DNA of 64,000 nucleotides, from NCBI GenBank assembly GCA_963797095.1, contig CAWCNY010000002.1, positions 160,001-224,000 of the forward strand, written 5' to 3'. Source of the stretch: an uncultured Chloroflexia bacterium. Lineage in GTDB: Bacteria; Chloroflexota; Chloroflexia; QHBQ01; JADMIH01. Numbering within the stretch: position 1 is the stretch's first letter; the number at the start of each line of letters is the position of its first letter. The position numbers were made by a program, and so were the translations under genes. The notes beneath the pieces were generated by a model, which saw only the letters and a list, made by a program, of their open reading frames with translations, searched no databases and had not been told where the DNA came from. Shown in pieces: positions 21,789 to 32,100 of the stretch.

Positions 21789-23200
21789 TACGACTTGCGC
21801 CTGCTGGCGATGTTTTCCTCGGTAGTTTCCTCTGTCACTACCTCATAGAGGACCGCTTGCGATTGCTTGGGGCGGAGGATGCGGCCCAGCCTCTGTATGA
21901 ACTCGCGCTTGGTGGCGCTGCCGCTCAATATGATCGCTACATTGGCGTCGGGTATATCGACCCCCTCGTTCAGCACACGGCCCGTCGCCAGCTTGGTGAA
22001 GCGTCCCGACCTGAAGCCGTCGAGGATCGCTTTGCGCTCGGCTGGCGGTGTCTTATGCGTCACCGAGGGCACGCAGTAGCGGTCGGATACCGTGTCGACC
22101 AGCGCATTGTACTCTGAGAAGACAAGCACCCGGTCGTCGCTGTGCCTTTCCAGCAGTTCGCCCACTATGTTGAGCTTGCCGCTAGCGCTGAGGGCGATCT
22201 TGCGCGCTGCCTGGTGCGCCAGCAGTGCTTCGCGGGCGGCGGGGTCGTTGCCGCTCCTCAGGATCAGGTGGCGCTCGTAATCGCTGCCGGACCTCATGCT
22301 GATATGATGCCTTCGCAGAAAGTTCCTGTATATCCCGGCGGCCTGCTCGTAGCGTGCGCGCTCCTCGTCGCTCAGGGCCACCGGGATGCGCTCGGTGCGG
22401 TAATCCGCGATGTGGCGTCCCTCGCGCAGGTGGGCGGGGAGGCGCTCGTACACTACAGGCCCCACGAGGCGATCCAGGTCGGCGTGACGCAGGTCGCTTC
22501 GCTCAGGGGTGGCGCTCAGGCCGAGGCGGGCGGTGGCGATTGAGCCTTCAGCCACTGTGCGATAGGTGTCCGCCGGCAGGTGGTGTACCTCGTCGAACAC
22601 GAGCAGCCCGAACCCTTGCAATGAGCGCATGTGTATGGCCGCCGAGTCGTATGTGACCACCGTCACGGGGCGCAACTCTTTATCGCCGCCTCCCCACACG
22701 CCGACCTCTTCTTCAGTGAGATTAGTGTTCGACAGCAGAGATGCGCGCCACTGCGCCAGCAGATCGAGGGTGGGCACGCAAATTAGGGTGGTGGTATTGA
22801 GCGCCGCCAGAGCCGTGAACGCCACCAGTGTCTTGCCCGCGCCCGTTGGTAGCACGACCACGCCCTTATAGGCGGCTGCCTTCCACGCCTCCAACGCCTC
22901 CGCCTGGTATGGCCTCGGCTGCATGTCTACTTCTACGGCGTGGGGTAGGGGCGGGCGTAAATCGAAGCTCTTCTTGAGCGCGTAATGGGCGCGCAAGGCT
23001 GCGCAGATGGCTAGATAATCAATAGGTAGGGCGCGCAGGCACTTACGCCGCGTGTCATGCACGATGCGACCGCGCCAGCCCATTTCGCTCAATTCCGCGT
23101 GCAACTCTTCGGGCGTGATACCTTCGGGCGGGAAGAGCAGGAGGTCGTTGGCGGCGAGCGCCAGCGTGATTGCGGGTTTGGGGTTCTTGCCTGCTGTCAT
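21788..23200 (-). CDS. XPB/Rad25-like superfamily 2 DNA helicase
   Basis: RPYQ Q-motif, LPTGAGKT, DEVHH, LSATP, NEGVDIP, QRLGRILR; stop overlaps the DUF790 start. Confidence 0.92.
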   Translation of the reverse strand: MTAGKNPKPAITLALAANDLLLFPPEGITPEELHAELSEMGWRGRIVHDTRRKCLRALPIDYLAICAALRAHYALKKSFDLRPPLPHAVEVDMQPRPYQAEALEAWKAAAYKGVVVLPTGAGKTLVAFTALAALNTTTLICVPTLDLLAQWRASLLSNTNLTEEEVGVWGGGDKELRPVTVVTYDSAAIHMRSLQGFGLLVFDEVHHLPADTYRTVAEGSIATARLGLSATPERSDLRHADLDRLVGPVVYERLPAHLREGRHIADYRTERIPVALSDEERARYEQAAGIYRNFLRRHHISMRSGSDYERHLILRSGNDPAAREALLAHQAARKIALSASGKLNIVGELLERHSDDRVLVFSEYNALVDTVSDRYCVPSVTHKTPPAERKAILDGFRSGRFTKLATGRVLNEGVDIPDANVAIILSGSATKREFIQRLGRILRPKQSQAVLYEVVTEETTEENIASRRKS

Positions 23201-24081
23201 AGTTCGTGGATGGCGGGGATGATCTCCTGCCGGAACGGGTCGAGCGTGGCGGGATCATCGATGTTGGGCACGCTGAGGTGGAAGTAGTCGAAGCCGAGCG
23301 CGGCCAACTGGCGGGCGTGTTCGATTACCAACTCGGAGGAGAGTTTGCCCGAATCGTCCCGCATCGCTTTCTGGTCGGCGATCACTGTTTTGCTGATGGC
23401 GGAGTAGGGGCGGCCTTCGGCCTCGCAATGGCCGCGCAACACATCAAGCTTGTGAGTGAGCCATTCGCTGCCGTGGTTGGCGAAGAAGTTGCAGGCGTTG
23501 GCGTACTTCGCTACATAGCGAAGGGTTTTGGTTTCGCCGTGTCCGCCCACCAGGATTGGAGGGTGGGGCCCGGTGATGGGCTGGGGTGAGCAGAGGGTTT
23601 CGGTGAGGGTGTAGTGCTTGCCTTCAAAGCCGACGGCGCGACCTGACCACATGAGATGTGCGATTTGCAGCGTTTCTTCGAGGCGTTCGAGGCGGTCTTT
23701 GACGGGGGGGAAAGGCACGCCGAGGCCCAGGTGCTCACGCTCGAACCAACCCGCGCCGAGGCCGAGCCACGCCCTCCCGCCTGAAAGGACATCCAGCGTC
23801 GTGACGATCTTGATCAATATGCCGGGGTGGCGGTAGGTGACGCCCGACACCATGACACCCAATTCGATGCGCGATGTCTGCCCAGCGATGAAGCCGAGCG
23901 TGGTGTAGGCTTCGGGCATGGGGTCTCTCAGGTTGCCGAGCGTCTGGAAAAAGTGGTCCATGACCCAGATGCTATCGAAACCCGCTTCTTCTGCACGCTT
24001 GGCGATTGCCCCTGTTATGGGGCCGATTCGTGCTGGGCCGCCATCCCAGGCGAATTGTACGAGTTGTAAGCCGATCTTCAT
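23197..24081 (-). CDS. LLM-class F420-dependent oxidoreductase
   Basis: GFDSIWVMDHFFQ, TYRHPG, TTLDVLSGGRAWLGLGAGW, PPILVGG. Confidence 0.92.
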   Translation of the reverse strand: MKIGLQLVQFAWDGGPARIGPITGAIAKRAEEAGFDSIWVMDHFFQTLGNLRDPMPEAYTTLGFIAGQTSRIELGVMVSGVTYRHPGILIKIVTTLDVLSGGRAWLGLGAGWFEREHLGLGVPFPPVKDRLERLEETLQIAHLMWSGRAVGFEGKHYTLTETLCSPQPITGPHPPILVGGHGETKTLRYVAKYANACNFFANHGSEWLTHKLDVLRGHCEAEGRPYSAISKTVIADQKAMRDDSGKLSSELVIEHARQLAALGFDYFHLSVPNIDDPATLDPFRQEIIPAIHEL

Positions 24082-24094
24082 GGTGGGAAGTTTG

Positions 24095-24156
24095 TCGGTA
24101 GTCGGTAGTCGGTAGTCAGGAACCAGGAACTTGGGACTTCCGGCTACCGGCTACCC
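24095..24156. repeat. Composite period-7 repeat (GTCGGTA + GAACCAG families)
   Basis: GTCGGTA x3, CAGGAAC units, CGGCTAC x2. Confidence 0.7.
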
Positions 24157-25502
24157 TCCATCCGCCTGGCTTTCGCCTGCACACGCAGGAGCCTGTGCTC
24201 CAACTCTGCCCGCTCAACCGCGTTGGTGGCTCGTGTCTGGGCCATCAGGGTGTACTCGATGGCGGTCATATAGTTGCGGGCGCGATGCTCGTAGTGCTTG
24301 GCAAGCTCCAGGTAGGGGAACATCAGGTGCGTGCCCTCGGAGGCCAGCCGCGCCCAGATCGCCACGGCTTCGTCGCGCTGTTGGAGGTGCTTATACAGGT
24401 AACTGAGGCGGCGCAGTATCGCGTTGCGTATCTCAGGTGAGGGACGCAGCGACAAGGCCCGCTCGAAGGCTCGCAGGCTATCGGTGTACTTGCCCATGTC
24501 CTCGTACAGCTTGCCCAGCCCGAATAGCTCGCTGGCCTCCAGGTCGGCCTCGTCCGGCCTGTCCAGTATGCGCGACACGTGCCCGGTCAGCGCCACCAGC
24601 GTCAGCAAGTCATGCTCATTGTGCTCAAACACTGGCAGCACATGCCCTACGTGGTTCGCCCGTAGGTACTGGAAATAGAGGGATGGTATGCGCCACCCCG
24701 GCACATCAAACCCGCGCCGGAAGCCAAGCACGTTGCTCTCCAGCGTTTCCAGAGAGCACGACTCGAACCTGTCGCGCCACAGCCTGCGCGATGGGTGTAG
24801 CATATCGAGGTGTGGTGGGTCGCGCAGCACGCATTTCAAGCGCGTGTAAATATAGCGCGTCTCAAGCAGAGGCCAGTCGAACGTCTTGCCATTGAACGTG
24901 ACCACCGCCTCGAACCGCGTAAAAAGGTCGTTGAGAGCGCGTAAGAGGGCTCTTTCGGCGGATACATCGCTCAGGAAATACTGGCGTACTACCAGTTCAT
25001 CACCCGTGTCTGAGAAGAAGGCCACCCCCACCAGGAACACATAGGTGCCTGTGCCCCCCGATAGCCCTGTTGTCTCCGTATCGAGGAAAAGGAGCTTGCG
25101 CGGGTGGATATCGCGTAGGGAGGGGGCTTTGCCTACCTCCCACAACATGGTGGGGCGAGCGTGCAGGAGAGCCCCGAGATACACAGGTCCGCGAGTCAGC
25201 GTGACCGCGAATTTGCGCTCCACGTAGTAGCAAGGCCCATCGTCAGTTTCGTGCCATTGTCCGGGTAAAGCTTTGTCGATCGTGCTTGCAGAGCGGACGA
25301 AGGACGAGGGCCGAAGGACGGACGACGACAATTCTGGTGTGAAGCGTGGACCGACGAAAGGCGAAGTAACGTCGTCTTTCGTCTTTCGGCCTTCGTCCTC
25401 CAGCCCAGGCTCGTACTCGGCCACGCCATCAGGTGGCAAGGGGGTCGCGCCCGGTACACGAGGGCGCACACCCATAGCTTTTAGCCGTTCTCGAAGGTCC
25501 AT
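24144..25502 (-). CDS. YprB/MrfB-like RNase H-fold exonuclease with TPR repeats
   Basis: FLDTETTGL, TFNGKTFDWP, HLDMLH, HNEHDL, ELAKHYEH; TPR-like helices. Confidence 0.9.
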   Translation of the reverse strand: MDLRERLKAMGVRPRVPGATPLPPDGVAEYEPGLEDEGRKTKDDVTSPFVGPRFTPELSSSVLRPSSFVRSASTIDKALPGQWHETDDGPCYYVERKFAVTLTRGPVYLGALLHARPTMLWEVGKAPSLRDIHPRKLLFLDTETTGLSGGTGTYVFLVGVAFFSDTGDELVVRQYFLSDVSAERALLRALNDLFTRFEAVVTFNGKTFDWPLLETRYIYTRLKCVLRDPPHLDMLHPSRRLWRDRFESCSLETLESNVLGFRRGFDVPGWRIPSLYFQYLRANHVGHVLPVFEHNEHDLLTLVALTGHVSRILDRPDEADLEASELFGLGKLYEDMGKYTDSLRAFERALSLRPSPEIRNAILRRLSYLYKHLQQRDEAVAIWARLASEGTHLMFPYLELAKHYEHRARNYMTAIEYTLMAQTRATNAVERAELEHRLLRVQAKARRMEGSR

Positions 25503-25834
25503 CGGTCAGGGATCGGAAATAACGAGTGACGAGTGACGAGCGGTGTTGCTCGCCATTGTGGTAAGTGTAGCACAAATGACCGAAAAAGAGCAAAGGTTAT
25601 CCACACTATGGGTGTTCTTATCGGGTGTTCTCATCGCGTGCGTATTCTCCAGCCACAAGCGATAACGCTGTCGCATGAAGCCCCTGAAATATGCTCCCTA
25701 CTCCCTGAGTCCCATTCCGCATTCCACACTTCGCACTCCGAACCAGGAAAAACTGTACCAAAGCACACCCAAAACCTGTCCAGTTTTGCCCCACCAATGT
25801 CATTGAGTTAATGGAGGCCAAGAATGACCATATT

Positions 25835-25863
25835 TTGACTCACTCATGTTGATCTGGTACAAC
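25835..25863 (+). promoter_or_regulatory. Putative sigma70 promoter
   Basis: TTGACT-17 bp-TACAAC with TGn extension. Confidence 0.5.
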
Positions 25864-25918
25864 AGGGCGAACCTATTGGTACGTCCTGGCATACCTACGC
25901 AGCAGGAGAGGAATAATC

Positions 25919-28855
25919 ATGCGAATTAGAAAACTCACCATAGTGCTTGTCACTATGGCCTTGCTATCGGCTCTGGCCCCTGTGTTGGCCGGGCGCTTCA
26001 CCGTCTCGGCATCTCCCGATACGGGCAGCCCCTGGACCCGCTATCAGCTTTCGGGCGGCACAATCAACGACATAGACGCCATCTCCGCTACCGATGCATG
26101 GGCGGGAGGCAACGACGGCATCCTGGCCCACTGGGATGGCTCCTCCTGGCAGGCGGTCGATGCCAGCAAGACGATCGAAGCTAATCAAGTCAGTACCCTC
26201 GATATGCTTGCCTCCAATAGTGTGTGGGCATACGCGGGTGGCCTCTTTATCCTCTACGATGGCTCAGCCTGGACGACCGTCCCTGATAGCGTCAGTTCGA
26301 CTATGTACTCTATATCTATGCTCTCCTCCACCGACGGTTGGACCTCCGGCACCGATGCCCACTTCGGCCACTGGGATGGCTCCAATTGGTCCGAGATCAC
26401 CGCCAGCCCGTCAGTCACTGAGACGATGTACTCTATATCTATGCTCTCATCCACAGATGGCTGGGCCGTGGGCGGCACCGTCATCCCCAACGTTGGCATG
26501 CAGGGCAAGATCGCCCGCTGGAACGGCACATCCTGGGATGCCTTCCCCTCGCCCGTCACCAATCGCATCTTCTACGGCGTCGATTTCTCCTCGCCCACGG
26601 AAGGGTGGGTGGTTGGCGTGGGCGGCACTACCGAGCACTGGAACGGCACAAACTGGACCCTCGTGCCCCCTCCCGGCTCTTGCCAGCTTTCATGCGGAGC
26701 CGTCAACCTCAGCGCGATCTACTCTATAAACGCCAACGACGCGTGGGCTGTAGGTTCTACCAATGGCTGGACATCCAACACCTGGCACTGGGATGGCTTG
26801 GTGTGGACCGAGATCAACGCTCCTACCGGCGCGCCCCTCCACAGCGTAGTTATGCTTGCACCGAACAATGGGTGGTCGGTGGCAGACCGAGGCACGATTT
26901 ACCACTGGGATGGCACCTCATGGTCGGTAGCAACTACACAATGGCTCACCAACGGCCTCTACGCGCTCGATTTCGTCTCCCCAGACGATGGTTGGGCCGT
27001 GGGCGTGCTCAACCAGAGCACCCCTCCCGCCTGGGGCCTCCAGCACTGGAACGGTTCTGCCTGGACCGAATACCAGCCCCCTTCGTACACACCAGGACCC
27101 ATGAAAGATGTTGATATGCTCGCCAGCGACCAGGTGTGGGCCGTCGGCTCGCAAGCTGTCTTCTACTGGCACGGCTCGACCTGGACCCAGCAGAGCGCCA
27201 CCGGCAACTTCATGGACGCGCTCTCGATGGTGTCACCTACCGATGGGTGGGCCGTCGGCTCGTCGGGCAAAATAGTGCATTTCGACGGCACCTCATGGAC
27301 CAACTACACCAGCCCCACCACCACCAACCTGTGGTCCCTCGATATGGTGAACGCCGATGAGGGGTGGGCAGGCGGCACGCTTGGCCTCATGCTTCACTAC
27401 CAAAGCGGCACCTGGAGTCAGGTTGCCCCTAATCCCGGTACCACCACAATCGAGGCGATCCAGATGCTGGATGCCAACGAAGGGTGGGCGGTTGGCTACA
27501 ACGGCGAGATCCTCCACTACACGGGAGGCACGTGGTCGCCCGTATCAAGCCCTGTAACCACCAACCTGCTAGGCATTGATATGCTGGACGCCAACGAAGG
27601 ATGGGCTGTAGGTGCATCGGCTGCCGGCGGCACGTCGGCCATCCTCCACTATTCAGGGGGCACATGGTCGGTGGTAGATAGCCCGACGCGCAACAACCTG
27701 CGCGACGTGTATGTGTTCCCCGACGGCCGGGGTTGGGCGGTCGGAGAATCGCCGGGCGTCAAGCTCTACATGGGGGATGTGTTCGGGGGTGGCACGCCAA
27801 CGCCCACCCCCACAGGCGCGCCCGCTACCAATACTCCCACATCAACCTTGACAGCTACCAATACGCCTACGCCCACTACGATAGCAACAAATACAAATAC
27901 CCCCACCGGCACCTCAGCTCCTCCTACAAGCACAAATACGCCTTCACCATCTTCAACCGCACCTCCAGCTACAGCCACAGCCACAGCCACAGGCAACACG
28001 CCAACATCTACTGCAACCACTATGGCCGCAAGTGCCACCCCCACCAATGAGGCCACTGCTACTGCTACTGCGGTCTCTACTTCTGAGGCTACCCCCTCCT
28101 CTACGTCATCTGCCACCCCCACCGCGCAGAATACCTCCACGCCCGGTGCGACCAACACAGCAGCCCCCACGAATACGCCGGGAGAGGTGACAGCTACCCC
28201 CACAGCATGTACCCTTGAGTTCACCGATGTGCTGCCTGGCTCAACGTTCTACGACAACATCAAGTGCCTGGCTTGTAGAGGCATTATCAACGGCTACTCG
28301 TCAGGCTGTGATACAGGTAACCCTTGCTTCAAGCCTGCTAACCTGGTCACCAGGGGACAACTCGCAAAGATAGCCTCCAATGCTGCTGGCTTCAACGACC
28401 CAACAGGTCCTCAGCAGTATGAAGATGTGCCTCTTGGCTCTACCTTCTTTGAGTACATCTGGCAGCTGACCATCAGAGGGTATGTCAACGGCTACCCTTG
28501 TGGTGGAGCAGGAGAACCGTGTGGTGCAGGCAACCTGCCGTACTTCAGACCTAATGCGAACATCACGAGAGGGCAAATCTCGAAGATAATCTCGAATGCA
28601 GCAGGGCTGACAGCACCGGCAGGCTCTCAGCAGTTCCAGGACGTGCTGCCAGGGTCAACATTCTACGAGTACATCTGGAGGCTGACAGCATTGGGAGTGA
28701 TGAACGGGTACGCATGTGGAGGAGTGGGAGAGCCATGTGTAGGCCCTGCCAACCTGCCATACTTCAGGCCAGGCTCCAATGCCACCAGAGGACAGGCGAG
28801 TAAGATAGTGGCTAACACATTCTTACCCGGTTGCCAGACACCCTACTCACCGTGA
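25919..28855 (+). CDS. Secreted beta-propeller-repeat protein with Thr/Pro linker and SLH domains
   Basis: Signal peptide; about 14 repeats of M(L/V)S..DGWAVG..G.I.HW(D/N)G..W; SLH cassette. Confidence 0.88.
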   Translation: MRIRKLTIVLVTMALLSALAPVLAGRFTVSASPDTGSPWTRYQLSGGTINDIDAISATDAWAGGNDGILAHWDGSSWQAVDASKTIEANQVSTLDMLASNSVWAYAGGLFILYDGSAWTTVPDSVSSTMYSISMLSSTDGWTSGTDAHFGHWDGSNWSEITASPSVTETMYSISMLSSTDGWAVGGTVIPNVGMQGKIARWNGTSWDAFPSPVTNRIFYGVDFSSPTEGWVVGVGGTTEHWNGTNWTLVPPPGSCQLSCGAVNLSAIYSINANDAWAVGSTNGWTSNTWHWDGLVWTEINAPTGAPLHSVVMLAPNNGWSVADRGTIYHWDGTSWSVATTQWLTNGLYALDFVSPDDGWAVGVLNQSTPPAWGLQHWNGSAWTEYQPPSYTPGPMKDVDMLASDQVWAVGSQAVFYWHGSTWTQQSATGNFMDALSMVSPTDGWAVGSSGKIVHFDGTSWTNYTSPTTTNLWSLDMVNADEGWAGGTLGLMLHYQSGTWSQVAPNPGTTTIEAIQMLDANEGWAVGYNGEILHYTGGTWSPVSSPVTTNLLGIDMLDANEGWAVGASAAGGTSAILHYSGGTWSVVDSPTRNNLRDVYVFPDGRGWAVGESPGVKLYMGDVFGGGTPTPTPTGAPATNTPTSTLTATNTPTPTTIATNTNTPTGTSAPPTSTNTPSPSSTAPPATATATATGNTPTSTATTMAASATPTNEATATATAVSTSEATPSSTSSATPTAQNTSTPGATNTAAPTNTPGEVTATPTACTLEFTDVLPGSTFYDNIKCLACRGIINGYSSGCDTGNPCFKPANLVTRGQLAKIASNAAGFNDPTGPQQYEDVPLGSTFFEYIWQLTIRGYVNGYPCGGAGEPCGAGNLPYFRPNANITRGQISKIISNAAGLTAPAGSQQFQDVLPGSTFYEYIWRLTALGVMNGYACGGVGEPCVGPANLPYFRPGSNATRGQASKIVANTFLPGCQTPYSP
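28138..28842 (+). repeat. 705-bp SLH-encoding cassette, copy 1
   Basis: Matches 32204-32908; one synonymous difference seen (28468 G vs 32534 A). Confidence 0.92.
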
Positions 28856-28897
28856 AGATATTTATCAAACGAATCAAGAAAACTACTCGTTTTATCG

Positions 28898-28927
28898 TTG
28901 ACATCTACTAGCAGCGGTTGCTACAAT
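28898..28927 (+). promoter_or_regulatory. Putative sigma70 promoter
   Basis: TTGACA-18 bp-TACAAT with TGn extension. Confidence 0.6.
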
Positions 28928-29138
28928 AGACATACTTTGCCGCTGACAGGTATGCGGACGCGGATGTTCCTATTTTGGGCAGGCTGAAGATCCTCCCATT
29001 GTCTTAAGCCTGCTTGATATGCATCAGCATGCATTGCTTGCATTTCGTTACCTGTTACTTCACTTATTATGTGTTACCTCACGCGGCATGTCTGTTTGTT
29101 CGTTGCACATGTAGGAAAGGATAGGAGAGAATACGGTA

Positions 29139-32100
29139 ATGGCATACAAACCCAGAACCACCGCCCCTGGCGACGGGCAGGGCATTGAGCGACCGGCAGA
29201 GAAGGGCACCCGGCGTGCTTTCTACCTGCTGGCCGCGTTGTTGCTCGCCATCGGCGGCATAGCCATAGCGATCCGCATGACCACCTCCCAGGCCGGCGTG
29301 CAAGTTTCCCAGCCTCCGCGCGTCGCAGGCGACGTGCCGAAGGACGAAGATGGAGATAATGCCTACTCTGCCAACCCGGGGCAAGTGCCCGTCGGCGGTG
29401 ATGAAAGCGCATCCCTCCATAATATCGAGGACTACTGGCTAACTCGTATCAGCTACCCGACCGGCAAGTTCGACACCCGGTGGGTGGTCCAGGCCTCCGA
29501 GCAGGACAAGAACATACAGGCACGCGTGCCCGCAGGCCAGGTTGTCTACCAGCGCGGCGAGTCGCCCCTGGCGCTCGACCCCAACGCCTGGATCTCGCTC
29601 GGCCCTCAGCCTGAGCAGAGTGATGGATGTATCAACTGTTATGCTTATGGGCACGTTTCAGGCCGCGTGAACGACATCAGGATTGACCCGGTCAACACCA
29701 ACGTGGCCTATCTCATCCCTGTTGGTGGAGGCGTCTGGAAGACGACAAACTGCTGTTCTTCTTCCACCACCTGGGCCCCTGTCACCGATGACCCCCTTAT
29801 CTCGGTGGTCACCGTTGACGACCTTTCTATCGACCCCAACGACCACAACACCATCTATGTCGGCACGGGCGACCTCAACTATGGCTCCTTCTCGATGGGC
29901 AGCGCCGGTATCCTCAAGAGCACCGACGCTGGCGCGACCTGGGCTATCAAGGGCGCTGATGTTTTCACCCCCTACTTCCCTGAGCCCGCTGGCCAGTTCC
30001 CACAATACCAGGCAGTGGGCAAGGTAGAGGCCGATCCCAACAACTCCAATACCGTGATTGCGGGCACCAAGACCGGCGTCTTCATGTCGTATAACGGCGG
30101 AGATACCTGGACAGGGCCCTGCGTTACGAACGCATATACCACCCAGCGCCAGGACGTTACTGGCCTGATCCTCAGCGATTCGGGTGCGTTTACAGATATG
30201 TATGTGGCGGTTGGCACGCGTGGCTTCAGCACCACCGTCCAGTACAACCTGGCCGAAAACGGCGCTAACGGTATCTACAAGGCGCAGGTCCCGACGAGCG
30301 GTTGCCCGAGCGGCTGGAACCTCATTACCCGCTCTGACAACGGCTGGCCCACCGGCACAGGATCAGGCATCCCAGTTTACCAGTCAGGCGGCGACACTCT
30401 TGGCCGTATCGATATGGCCATAGCCCCCAGCGATCCCAACTACCTGTACGCTATCGTGCAGGCTATCAACCCCACCAATAACCGCGGTGGCGTGCTCGGC
30501 GTGTGGCGCACTACCGATGCTGGAACCACCTGGAACCAGCAGGCAGGCGCGGGCAACTCCTCCTCCGAGTGGCAAGGTTGTGCAACTGCGGGCACCCAGA
30601 ACTGGTACAACCAGCACATAGCGGTTGATCCACTCGACCCCAATACGGTGCTCGCGGATACGATAGACATATTCAAATCCACAAACGGGGCCGACACATT
30701 CACCAACCTCAGTTGCGGCTACAATGGAGGGCGCGTCCACGTAGACCAACATGCCCTTGAATACGTTCCAGGCCAGTCCAGCGTGCTGCTGTCCGGTAGT
30801 GACGGTGGGGTCTATGTCTGGACCGGCATGAACACGGGCAGTCCCAGCTACACTCAGGTAAACGACTCGCTCAATACGATCGAGTTCTACTCAGGCGACA
30901 TTACTGCCAACTTCGCCAACTCCAGCACCCCTGGTGCTAACGCGGGCGCTCAGGACAACGGTTCGTCCGTCTACGTGTGGCCGAGCAACAATGTAGGTCC
31001 CGCCGTGTGGCAGTTGCGTAAAGGCGGTGACGGTATGTTCGCCCGCATCGAGCCTGTGCTAGGCCAGCGATGGTACCAGGAGAGCCAGAACGGTTCTCTG
31101 GCGGTTACCACGGCGGGCGCGTATAGTTCACAGGTGAACGCTACCGGCGGCTGGGGCGGCGACCGCCTCAGCTTCGTATTCCCTTATGAGATCTTCAAAG
31201 GGAATCCTAGCGGCCCTGCTTCTCAGGACTGCGCTCCCACAGGCTGCACCCACATGATCGCGGGCAGCTACCGTGTATGGGAGACTATTCAGGGAGCCCA
31301 GCCGACTTCAAGCTGGCTGATCAACAGCCCCGACCTGACCAAGAACACATTGGCCGACCGCTCCATAATCAACCAGTTGGCCTACTCGCCGAGCATCTCA
31401 ACCACAGCCATCGTCGGCACCAACGACGGTAATGTGCAGTACGGTTTCAACCTCGGCCAGGGTGTCGCCAACTCCGCTACCTGGGTCAATGTGACGGGCA
31501 GTAACTCCGTCCTCCCCAACAGGCCCATGCTCGACGTAGCCATCGACCCTTCCAATCCTCTAATCGGCTACGCTGCGGTTGGCGGTTTCGATGAGAACAC
31601 ACCAGCAACCCCCGGCCATGTCTACAAGGTGACCTGCTCGGCAAACTGTGGCTCTTTCACGTGGGAGAATAAGAGCGGCAACCTGCCCAACATCCCTGTA
31701 GATTCGATCATCGCCAATCCCAACTATCCACAGCAGGTGTTTGCCGGTACCGACTGGGGCTTCTACTTCACGGACGATATCACGGTAGGTTCGCCTGTGT
31801 GGTACAAGTTCAATAGCAATCTGCCTAACACCATGATCTGGGACATGTCAATCGACCGTGGTGCTACCACCCTTGCCATCTTCACACGCGGTCGCGGTGC
31901 TTACGTATGGCCTCTGCCCACAGGCCCGTTCGGCGCGACCCCCACCCCCGGCGCGGCTACACCAACCTCTACCCGCACCAATACACCCACCAACACTATT
32001 GCGCCCACCAGCACGCGCACAAACACCCCGGTGCCTACCGGCGTCGCAACCGATACGCCCACCAATACTCCGGTTGGAGCAACCAGTACCTCAACTAACA

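Noticed and set aside
25560-25632. LexA box upstream of the repair string
   Set aside because: Best candidates have two or more mismatches to GAAC-N4-GTTC; not supportable by eye.
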